This document shows, in pieces, positions 20,194 to 29,584 of a stretch of DNA of 64,000 bases. The notes beneath the pieces are model-generated. The model did no database searches. It saw nothing but the letters and a program-made list of their open reading frames with translations, and was not told the DNA's origin. The stretch lies in assembly GCA_026936335.1 (NCBI GenBank), contig JAPMXV010000012.1, forward strand, positions 62,001-126,000, in the 5' to 3' direction. Source of the stretch: Mantamonas sphyraenae STR306. Lineage: Eukaryota; Protista; CRuMs. Position 1 is the first letter of the stretch, and each line of letters opens with the position of its first letter. Position numbers and translations under genes: made by a program.

Positions 20194-22382
20194 ATGTCAA
20201 GCACAAGCGAAACAACAACGAGTACAACGATCAAGGCAGTGGATATCACTGCCGCTATGGAAAACACACGCTATGAAAGCGAAACGGAGCACGACACGGT
20301 CGTGATGGCGTCTCTGAAGGCGATGGAGCTGCCCGAGGATGACGAGGTGGACGACTCACGCCCGCCTGTGGACGTCATGCTCATCATTGACACAAGCGGA
20401 TCGATGGGATCCAACAACAAACTGACGTGTACGTTGTACAGCGAGATGTGATGGTGGAAAGAAACACTGGCAAGGAATTTGGGCGTGAAACGCACAAAGT
20501 CAAGGCGAATTCCCTCCACCGCTCGAATTCTGGCTGAAATGTCAACGGAGGCGTTTGGGCCCGATGTGAGTCGGAATTCGCAGGGAACTAACGCAGAAGT
20601 GGGAATGGACAACCTACAGTGGTGAAGGAGTCGTCCAACAGTCTGATTGACCAGCTGGGACCGCTGGACAACCTGGGGATCATCACGTTTGCGTCGCAAA
20701 CACGTGAGCTGATGTCGTTTACGAGCATGGACGACGAGGGAAAGAAGTTGGCACACAGACTGGTGGACGATATGCATGCGTCGGGTGGCACATTCCTGAG
20801 TGGCGCTCTGCGCGACGGTCTGAACGCCATGATGGAACGCCTGCTGGCCGGAGGGAACGGAGTGCAGAGCATCATGTTTTTGACGGACGGTCAAGCGGGA
20901 CGAGGCATCCGAGACACAATGCCACTGTTGTCCATGATCGACGATCCATCGAAGCATGACATGCTTGCAGGCACCCCCGGCTTCCACATCCATGATGCCG
21001 GCAACTTTGGCGGCCCCGGCTTGTCTATCCGAGATGTGGGCAACTTTGGCGGTCGTGGACCGCGCACGTTGAACGACGTGCAGGTGAACAAGCTCAGCAA
21101 CGTCGCCAACTTCTCCAACAAGCGCATGAAGAAGGCGAGGAAGGCATCCACGAGCAAGAAGGCATCCAAGGGCAAGAAGGCTTCCAAGGTACAAACGTCG
21201 TCGGCGAGGTTGGAGGACGCGTTGGAGAAAGAGGACTCGGATCCCGAGCTTCCCGAGGTGGACGAGTTTGGAGAGGAGATGAAGATCTACGTGAAGCTGG
21301 ACAATGGCAAGGCGACGCCGTACACAGTGTATACAAGTACGACGGCCAAGACGTTGCGAGAGATGGTGGGCACAACGGAGGGGTTGGAGATGGCGGGTGT
21401 GGATCTGACGCTGGACGGGAAGACGCTGGAGGGCGATGTGTCGCTGGGCGAGAGTGGGGTCAAGAACGAGACCATCATCACGGCAGTGTGCAGGTTCAAC
21501 GTGGAGGCAGGCAAGATGTGCACCATCAACTGCTTTGGGTACGGAGAAGGACACAACGAGGAGATGCTGCGTGCGGTGGCGGAACACACGGGAGGCATGT
21601 ACTACTTTGTGCAGGACAGCGACACCATCAAGGACTCGTTTGCAGACTGCTTGGGCGGTCTGCTGTCCACAGTGGCGCAGGACGTCAAGGTGACGTTTAC
21701 GGTGGAGCAGGAAGGCGTGGAGTTGGTCAAGGTGATGGACAAGCGCTTCCAAAGCCTGCCGAACGACGGCAAGACGCTGACGGTGCCACTGGGCGACCTG
21801 CAGGCCGAGGAGCAGAGGGATGTGCTGGTGTTGCTCAAGATGCCTGCGTTGAGCGAGGAGAACCCGGGCATGGAGGTGGCCGTGACGATTGCCGTGGCCT
21901 ACCACGACGCAGTGGAGAAGAAGGACGGCAGCAACAGCACGTCGGTGGGTGTGAAGCGTCCCTCCAAGGATTCGTTGGAGCAGGAGGAGAGTGAGGATGA
22001 GCTGAAGGTGGTGACAGACATGCGTCTGAAGATCAAGGAGCAGAAGATGCGCCTTTTGTACGCAGACACACTGGACGAAGCCATGCGTGCAGGCCGCGAG
22101 GGCGACGTGGAAAAGGCCCGCGAGCTGATCAACACCACACTGGACACCATGGACGAAGACGACGAGCTGGCGGGCAGTGAACTGGTGGGCCAGCTGCAAT
22201 TGGAGCTCAAGAAGGGCCGCGACAGCTACCTGGCATCCTCGTCCGCGTTTGCCGCTGGAGGACAGAAGCAGATGAGCAACTGGAGCATGGGTCATCGTCA
22301 GCAGCGATCGTATGCCAGCAGCGAGAGCAGCCTGTACAGCAACAAGCGACGTGCCAAGACCAAAAAGGCGTTCCGCGGGTGA
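20194..22382 (+). CDS. vWA-domain protein with internal ubiquitin-like domain (paralog 1); intron 20429-20619
   Basis: MIDAS motifs DTSGS, GGT, LTDG. Ubl MKIYVKLDNGK...LDGKTLEGDVSLGESGVKNETIITAV at ~21279-21497. vWA resumes at INCFGYG...HTGGMYYFV. Confidence 0.85.
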
Positions 22383-22511
22383 GCGATGATTCGATGCTTC
22401 AATTGTGTTCCATTTGTGGTCGGCGGTGGGGTTTTTCGCCCTGCATTGAAGGGTAGCAGGCAGCAAGCCAAAGAAGAAGAAGAAGAATGCAGGGTTTCCC
22501 TTCCTGTCCAC

Positions 22512-23320
22512 TCACCCACCTGCGCCGAAGTTGTTGAGAAAGAAGACGAGGAAAAACACAAAGAGGGCGAGGACCCAGGCAAAGGCAATAATGATGGGAC
22601 GGTACTTGCGAAAGCCCGTCTTGACGTCCTCTTCCTCCTCCTTGTCTGTGCTGCGACGGGAGCGTGTGGAGCGAGGGCTGTCGGTTGTGAGATTGCCCTT
22701 GCTGGCCGAACGGATGGGGGTGATGCCCATGGAGGCGCGTGACACGGACCCTGCACGCACGTAACGTTTGGGCTCTTCGCTCTCCCGCCGGTGGGATTGC
22801 GGTGTCACGTAGTTGTTGAGGGGGTTCAGGCCCGGCTCGGTGAAGCTGTGGGCAGGCGCGGACACAGAGGCGCCGCGCAGGCTTTGTACACGTGTGTGGG
22901 AGGTGTGTTTGAGGGTGGGTCGCGTGGCAGAGACAGGTGCACTGGCATGGTGGCTCCGTTGACTCGGTGTGTTCTGCTCTGTGTGCTGGGAGGCGTCTCC
23001 AGAGGCGTTGGAGCGGGTTGCATCCAAGTTTAGCAAGCGCGCCTGAGCCGCAGCCTGCAGGTTCGCCATGCTTGTGGAGGACGTGCCACCCTGTGTATGT
23101 GTGCGTTGATCGCCCCCGTTGCTGTTGGTGTTGTTGGTGTTGTTGGTGTGTGTGTTGCTGTTGTTGTTGTCGTTGCTGTTCACTTCGTTGCTGAGATTCA
23201 ACTTTTTGTACCGCGGCGGCGCCACGTATTCCCGGTCGCTCACCCGGTGGCTGGACGACAGCGTGGTCGACCGCGATCGCCCGCGCACCCATATCTCTTC
23301 CGCCTCCTCTCGCTCGCTCA
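22512..23320 (-). CDS. Hypothetical disordered protein with C-terminal transmembrane helix; 3' end may be spliced further
   Basis: ORF from MSEREEAEEIW; hydrophobic PIIIAFAWVLALFVFFLVFFL. Donor-like GTGGGT/GTGAGT overlaps the stop. Confidence 0.65.
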
Positions 23321-23424
23321 TGCTGGTGGGGGGACAACAGGGCGGTGGAAGAAGAAGAAGAAGGCGAGTTGAGTTTGCGTCGCGGGTCGATTTCGATTGG
23401 CTCTTGTCGTGGGTCGCGCGGAGG

Positions 23425-24145
23425 ATGATGTCGTGGCAGGAAGAGAGGGGAGACAAGGGAAGGGAAGGGAAGGGAAGAGAGAGAGTGTGTGTGAGTGAGT
23501 GCCGTCCGGGTTGAGAGCGAACATGCTGTTCCAACTTCCTCTGACCTGGGGCGGCAGCTGCTGGAGGACTACGATTCGGTGGAAGATGGGTTTGAGCAGG
23601 AGCTGCTTCAGGTGGAGCCTGAGGGTGATGAGACTTTGGAGGAGTGGTTCAGGCGTGAGCCAATGTTGTGGTGCACTGTGTTTTCCATCGAGGCAGTTTG
23701 GCATGCTGCAATGCTGTGGTGCTCGGATGGCATGTCATTCAAAGCAAGCGAGATGTTGCATCAGGGCTGGAGGTCGGTCCAGAGAAAGCACGGGTTCAGA
23801 CATGGTGCCAAGCGACAGACGCAGGATGCGGAGCTGGAACGAGGGCTCGAGCGTTGCGGGAATGTCAAAGGCGCTGATGCACATAAGATTTGCAGGGGGA
23901 TTGGCCAGCTGTTGGTGTGGATGTTCTGCATTCACGAACAGCAGGACGTGGATCTGTTTGACGAGAAGGATGTGCGGTTTTGCAGCGGGCACACGATGCA
24001 TGTGATTTTGCGGTGCTTCGAGGACGATGTACAGCTGGATGAAGTGCTGCATGAAGTGCATGTGGACCACGTGCGGTTGCTCGATCGGGTCAGGCAGCAA
24101 TGGTTGGATGACATCGAGGCGAGCCATGAAGAAGAGGCAGGGTGA
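23425..24145 (+). CDS. Hypothetical protein; probable intron 23491-23557, start uncertain
   Basis: Coding-like ORF 23558-24145. GTGAGT donor, CTGAC branch and CAG acceptor join it in phase 0 to an ATG at 23425. Confidence 0.55.
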
Positions 24146-24199
24146 ACGCAGAGCCAAACACATGCTCTTAGATAGCAAAAGTATACTTCCATTGTGCAC

Positions 24200-24982
24200 A
24201 TGAGTCACCTCCCATCACCTCCCACCACCACGCAGGACGCAAGGTTCAGTTCAAACCTCCTCCCCGCAACAACCCAACCCATTCCCCTGCGCATGCTGGT
24301 CCGTTCTCGCCCTCTGAGCCACTTTCCACATCGCCATGGCAAATGGACCTCGCAAACCAAACTGCAGATGCTGCACATGGACGACGAAGTGCTGGTGATT
24401 GCCAAACCGGCTGATCTGAGCATGACATCCAAGCATGGCGCCGTCAGCGTCCACGAACTGTTCCACACCAACGGGTTGGCCGACCTGTGCGACGGAGGCG
24501 TGTTTCGTGCCGTCCACCAACTCGACCATGCGACGAGCGGCGTCCTGATTCTCGCTCGCTCTCGCGCCGCCGCTGGGCGGTATGGAAGACTCTTCAGCGG
24601 CCGCAAGGTCACCAAGTCATACCAGGCACGTGTGCATGGCATCATGCCCGTGTGCACACAACCGTGGGTGATTGACGCGCCCATCGACACGGATCCGCTG
24701 TGCGTGCGGCATTTTCGACGCCGCGTGGCTGCCTCGGGCAAGGCAAGTGTGACGCATGTGTTGCAAACAGACATCAACTGGGACACGGAAACCACAGACG
24801 TGCTCCTCCAACCACACACGGGTCGTACACACCAGCTGCGGGTCCACCTCGCCCTTCTAGGCCACCCCATCGTCGGTGAGACCCTCTACTGCGTGGACAC
24901 ACGTGCTTCACGTCTCCATCTTCATGCCACCAAGCTGACTGTGGACGGAAAGACGTTCCAATCACCTGTGCCGTGGACGTAA
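24200..24982 (+). CDS. RluA-family RNA pseudouridine synthase
   Basis: VIAKP, HQLDHATSG (catalytic Asp), KSYQARV, TGRTHQLRVHL, GHPIVGE, LHLHA. Confidence 0.9.
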   Translation: MSHLPSPPTTTQDARFSSNLLPATTQPIPLRMLVRSRPLSHFPHRHGKWTSQTKLQMLHMDDEVLVIAKPADLSMTSKHGAVSVHELFHTNGLADLCDGGVFRAVHQLDHATSGVLILARSRAAAGRYGRLFSGRKVTKSYQARVHGIMPVCTQPWVIDAPIDTDPLCVRHFRRRVAASGKASVTHVLQTDINWDTETTDVLLQPHTGRTHQLRVHLALLGHPIVGETLYCVDTRASRLHLHATKLTVDGKTFQSPVPWT

Positions 24983-25147
24983 GAGGGACTCGGCAAGCTG
25001 TGCGTTGCTGGGAACCAAGGACATGGATGGATGGAGGACACACAGATGCACGCGGTCCATTGTGCCTTTCTTTCTCTCTGGATCACCATCAACAAGGAGT
25101 GGGGTGGAGGTAGCACGCACGGGACACCACTGAACCGCGGTGGAACA

Positions 25148-26182
25148 TCACATCTCGCCAAAATTGTCCCAGGTTCCACCCACCCAATCCAGGATGCGAT
25201 CCAGGACCTCTGTGGGCATGACGTGCCACAGGGCAGTGGGCTCATAATCCTCCACGCTGCCTACGGCAAACATCCGGTCCTCCTCGGTGTCGTTCATCAG
25301 CAGCACCAGTTCCACCTGGACGTCTGTGGACGCCGGCACCACAAAGTGCAGCGTGTCGTCCCAAGGAAACCACACGTTCTGCATGGTGCTCATGACCAGC
25401 GTGCCGTACTTGCCATACAGCGTTTCGACGTCCCTTTGCATCCAGGCGTGTTGCAGAATCGCCCAGCGGTAGATGCGGCTGGTGTCCACATAGCGTTCCG
25501 CACCATACAGAAAGGAGAGGAACACCAGCGAGGGCTCATTGCTGCTGAGGGCATTGACGAGGGCTTTGTCAACGGGGTAGCCAAACTGCAGCATCAGCTC
25601 ACACATGGGCACATTGCCATGGGTGGCCGCCAAACTGAATGCATCCCACCCTGCAATGGGTGTCTCCAAGTCCACTCCTTTGACCAACAGTTGCGCAACG
25701 TCGTCCAGTTCGTCGGCGAGGACGGCATCGACGAGTTGCCGCACACGTCGCTTGTTGTGGACAAGACAGTCGTCAATGGCCTCGTTGGTGGCCGTGTCGA
25801 TGCACTTAAACTGCATTCGAGTCGTACACGGCGACTCTACGAGCCACTGGAGCATTGCCTTGCCCGTGGCCGAGTCGAACGGACTTTCTCCGAAATTCAC
25901 GACCTGCAGCCGGCTCTTGCAACCCTTCAGTCCTTGGGTGATCAATCGAAGGGCCACAGCGTCGTCCACCATGTCGGAGGTGATCATGAGACGTTTGAGT
26001 GTGCGGCATTTCTGAAGAAAGGTGACCACGTCTGTGCACAGCTCGTCGTCCAGCTCGGTCAAGACCAGGACAGAGTTTGCGTTGGCCTCCAACTTGTCGA
26101 AGCTGTCATCACCGATGCAGGCTCGAAGTTTGGGAAGGTCATACGTGGTGGGTGTGTTGTTGGTGGGCTGTTTTGTTGTCAT
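25148..26182 (-). CDS. Protein with degenerate LRR-like N-terminus, ankyrin repeat(s) and C-terminal F-box-like motif
   Basis: Ankyrin-like LLVKGVDLE...GWDAFSLAATHGNVPMCELMLQFG; terminal WHVMPTEVLDRILDWV. Confidence 0.65.
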   Translation of the reverse strand: MTTKQPTNNTPTTYDLPKLRACIGDDSFDKLEANANSVLVLTELDDELCTDVVTFLQKCRTLKRLMITSDMVDDAVALRLITQGLKGCKSRLQVVNFGESPFDSATGKAMLQWLVESPCTTRMQFKCIDTATNEAIDDCLVHNKRRVRQLVDAVLADELDDVAQLLVKGVDLETPIAGWDAFSLAATHGNVPMCELMLQFGYPVDKALVNALSSNEPSLVFLSFLYGAERYVDTSRIYRWAILQHAWMQRDVETLYGKYGTLVMSTMQNVWFPWDDTLHFVVPASTDVQVELVLLMNDTEEDRMFAVGSVEDYEPTALWHVMPTEVLDRILDWVGGTWDNFGEM

Positions 26183-26221
26183 CCAGCTGGGAGCGCCAGC
26201 GCATGCAACTGCATGATCCAG

Positions 26222-27353
26222 ATGACAAACGTGTCTGGCAACGTGCAACAGATGGACGTGGACGACGACGGCGTCACGGCAGCAGGCGCGGAAGCGCAGT
26301 CGTTGCTGAGTTCGGTCAACACACGTGCCTCGAGCCGCGACGCCGAAAACATGGAGGAGCTCATAGAGGTTGTCATCGGCCTGCAAACAACACTCAACTC
26401 GCTCAAACGACGCATCCACGTCAAGGCCAGCGAAATGGAACTGGAGGGGAAGTATCACCACGTACGTGTCGGGCTGGGAGGCTGCGTGAACAGAGTGCGA
26501 GGGCGCGGCCACGAAAAGCATGATGTGATGATGAGTCACACGGGGCACTCACACACGCAGGACACATGCACACACGGACGGGAAACATGCACAGACACCG
26601 AAAAAGAACCCAAAGATCAAGCCGTTCCTTGTGAACAACCTGCTGATGTTCACACTGCTGTGGCAGAGTTTGATGGTTGCGATTCTGTCGTTGATGAGCG
26701 ACGCGGTGGTGAACACAACCAACGTGGTGACGTTGGACGCGGGCATTGGAGTCATGTTTGTGTTTGAACTGCTCCTGTTGGGATTCATGGTGGCAGTGAG
26801 CATCAAGCTGGCCAAACAGGTGGCCCATCGTTCGGTGACGTCGATGTTTTTGGCCCAGAGTTACGTCAGCACCTGTCTCCTCTTTGCTGGACTGTACACA
26901 CTGTTGTTCCGCACCGATGTGCGTTGCTTCCATGGGATCTTTGAGAAGGAGGTGGGCGAGGCACGAGACAACGTGTCGATTTTCATGCTCTTCCTCAAGT
27001 TTCTGTACTTTAGCATCACCACCATGAGCACCGTGGGCTTCGGCGACATTAGTCCGCGTCTGTGGTACAGTTACATCATTGTCAATCTGCAGATGCTCGT
27101 CAGTGTGACCTACATCACCGTCATCTTTGGCCGCGGCCTCTCCCACTTTTCCCAGGATGCCCTCAACAATCGCACGGGTGCCAACAGTATGGCCAGTGGG
27201 GTCTCCTCCAACGGCAGTGGCGGCGGTGGGAGCAGGGTGCGATTGGGCACCGCCGTCGATCGAGCAACCTCCAAGTGGAGTCTCAATGCCCTCAAGGACG
27301 GGTTCAACACAAAGACCACCACCAGCGATGGAGTGGAGTATGAACGCGTGTGA
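26222..27353 (+). CDS. Potassium channel-like protein with one pore loop; intron 26462-26594
   Basis: Pore helix and filter FLYFSITTMSTVGFGDISP, flanked by TM helices; about four hydrophobic segments in total. Confidence 0.85.
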
Positions 27354-27455
27354 GCGACGCGGTTGTGGATCATTGGCACATGGGTTGGGAGCATGTGGGT
27401 GTGAGGGTGTGCGTGCGACAATGCAAGCAAACAAATCAACACACACACACACACG

Positions 27456-29492
27456 ATGCAGAAGGTTCTGGCCCTTGTGCTGGCCATGGCCACGGTCGTG
27501 TGCGCGGGAAACATCCACACGACGTACCATTGGCACATGCAACAACCAATCTACTGGCCAGCGAGTGCCAACACAAACCCACCGCACTATCAGGCGGCGT
27601 GGGAGTCGCTGCAGATGCAGAGCGAACAAAACGGACACCCAGACAACGACCTCAAGAGCATTTTCGGCAAACAGGACCGTGTGAATGCCTACCAACACTC
27701 CATGACGGATGCCATCCAGGCGAGTTTGTCGTCGGCTCCCAACATGGGTGCGCAGAGCTCGTTTTCGGGCTGTTTGATGGAAAACCTGAACTCCTTGGGC
27801 GGCAACTTTGCCTACCCGAGCAACTGGAATGACAGCTACGCCGGGTTTGTGCAATCGAACCCGGGTCATTTGGATTTCGTCGCGTTCACCTACCACCATG
27901 CGCTGGGGGTCCTTGTGGACCAAACGGCACTGGCCATGGAGATCGCGCTCCACAAGGCGATTTTCCCCAAAACGTGGGGCGCCGGCGTGCCCTTTTCCAA
28001 GGGCTTCTTTCCCGCAGAGATGTCCTTCAGCGAACGGATGATCCCGACACTGGTCAAAGCCGGCATCGAGTGGGTGTTGGTGCCCAACAACCACGTGAGC
28101 CGGGCGACCAAAAACTACCCATACAACGCCCATGGGGACAACTGCAACCCACCCAACCGTGCGGATCAGCTGAACCCTGCCCAGCAGCAATGGTTCAACA
28201 TGAGCATTTCGCGTGGTGTGACGACACAGAACGCAGTGCCCTTTTCGTACACTCCTCATTGGGCCAAGCATGTGGACCCCACAGATGGCAAGGAGTACAA
28301 GATCATTGTGGTGCCTGTGGCCATGGGCATGAGCTGGCAGGATGGCTACGAGTGCTACGGCACCCAGGACATCGACAGCATTGCGTCGGCCAACAATCCG
28401 CAGCAGCCCATGCTCATTGTGATGGGCCACGACGGAGACAATGCCTTTGGCGGTGGCTACTCGTACTATCATCAATGCGTGCCTCAGTTTGCCCAGAGTG
28501 CAGCTCAGAAGGGGTACGAGCCGTCCACAGTGCAGGCGTACCTGGACAAGTACCCGCCAGCGGAGTCGGATGTGATCCACGTGGAAGACGGCGCATGGAT
28601 CAACAAAGACGGGGACTTTGGCAGCCCGCGTTGCGTGGGTTGGAACACCCCGCTGACCAAGATCACCAACAGCAGCAGCGCTGTGGGTGGAGATCCGCTG
28701 CCGTTTGACATCCCGGGTGGATGGGATTGCAACGAACGCAACTGGGCGGTGATCACAGCGGCGCAAAACTGGGTGGAAACGGCGGAGCAGGTGAGTGGAG
28801 GCGTGCGGGTGTCGATGATCCAAGAGCCGCAAGCTGGGGTCACCAACGCAGAGCTTGCGTGGCACTTCTTCCTGCCTTCCATCACCTCGGGGTACATGTA
28901 CTACGGCACGGTGCTGGACATGCCGGACAAGCAGAGTGTGGCAGGAAACCAGGCGGTGGAGTATGCGCAAAAGGCGGTGGCAGAGGCAGCGGAGCGAGGC
29001 CAGTCGGTGGATGACAAGACGCCACCCAACATGTGGTATGTGATGCGACACCCACAGAACCCAGGTGGGGTGGGCATGGGCTTCCTGTGGGGATGGAACC
29101 CCACGGTGTTGCCCACCGACTTTTACATCTACACTTTTGTGTTTGATGTCAGCGGCGTGCACAACGTCACCGCGTATGTGCGCCAGGACGACGACGGTGA
29201 GAACCCACTGAACGACAATGCCAACGAAGTGTACGAGCCACATCGTCTGGGATTGACCGGTGTGGGTGCATGGAAGGCAATGCCCATGACTCGGCGTGCG
29301 TTCCCCCCCTACGACGAGGACAACGTCAAGTTCCAGTACCCCCCCAAGGCGATTGCAGACGAGTACTACGTGCATGTGACGGGCTTCTCCAACGTGCTTC
29401 TGGACTACTACGTTCAGGCCGTCGACACTGCTGGCAACGTGCGCAAGAGCGACATCTTCCATGTGTGGGTGGGCGATGGCAAGAGTGGATGA
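27456..29492 (+). CDS. Secreted GH57/GH119-like glycoside hydrolase, intronless
   Basis: Signal peptide; HWHMQQP (HxxQP-type region 1), GFFPAEMSFS (nucleophile Glu), GHDGDNA (acid/base Asp), EDGAW. Confidence 0.75.
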   Translation: MQKVLALVLAMATVVCAGNIHTTYHWHMQQPIYWPASANTNPPHYQAAWESLQMQSEQNGHPDNDLKSIFGKQDRVNAYQHSMTDAIQASLSSAPNMGAQSSFSGCLMENLNSLGGNFAYPSNWNDSYAGFVQSNPGHLDFVAFTYHHALGVLVDQTALAMEIALHKAIFPKTWGAGVPFSKGFFPAEMSFSERMIPTLVKAGIEWVLVPNNHVSRATKNYPYNAHGDNCNPPNRADQLNPAQQQWFNMSISRGVTTQNAVPFSYTPHWAKHVDPTDGKEYKIIVVPVAMGMSWQDGYECYGTQDIDSIASANNPQQPMLIVMGHDGDNAFGGGYSYYHQCVPQFAQSAAQKGYEPSTVQAYLDKYPPAESDVIHVEDGAWINKDGDFGSPRCVGWNTPLTKITNSSSAVGGDPLPFDIPGGWDCNERNWAVITAAQNWVETAEQVSGGVRVSMIQEPQAGVTNAELAWHFFLPSITSGYMYYGTVLDMPDKQSVAGNQAVEYAQKAVAEAAERGQSVDDKTPPNMWYVMRHPQNPGGVGMGFLWGWNPTVLPTDFYIYTFVFDVSGVHNVTAYVRQDDDGENPLNDNANEVYEPHRLGLTGVGAWKAMPMTRRAFPPYDEDNVKFQYPPKAIADEYYVHVTGFSNVLLDYYVQAVDTAGNVRKSDIFHVWVGDGKSG

Positions 29493-29584
29493 AACCCTAC
29501 ACGCAATCGAAACCGGATGCATGCTGCATGGGTTGCACTGCACTGCACTGCACTGATCCTGCCACCACAAAGAAATCACAAAAG

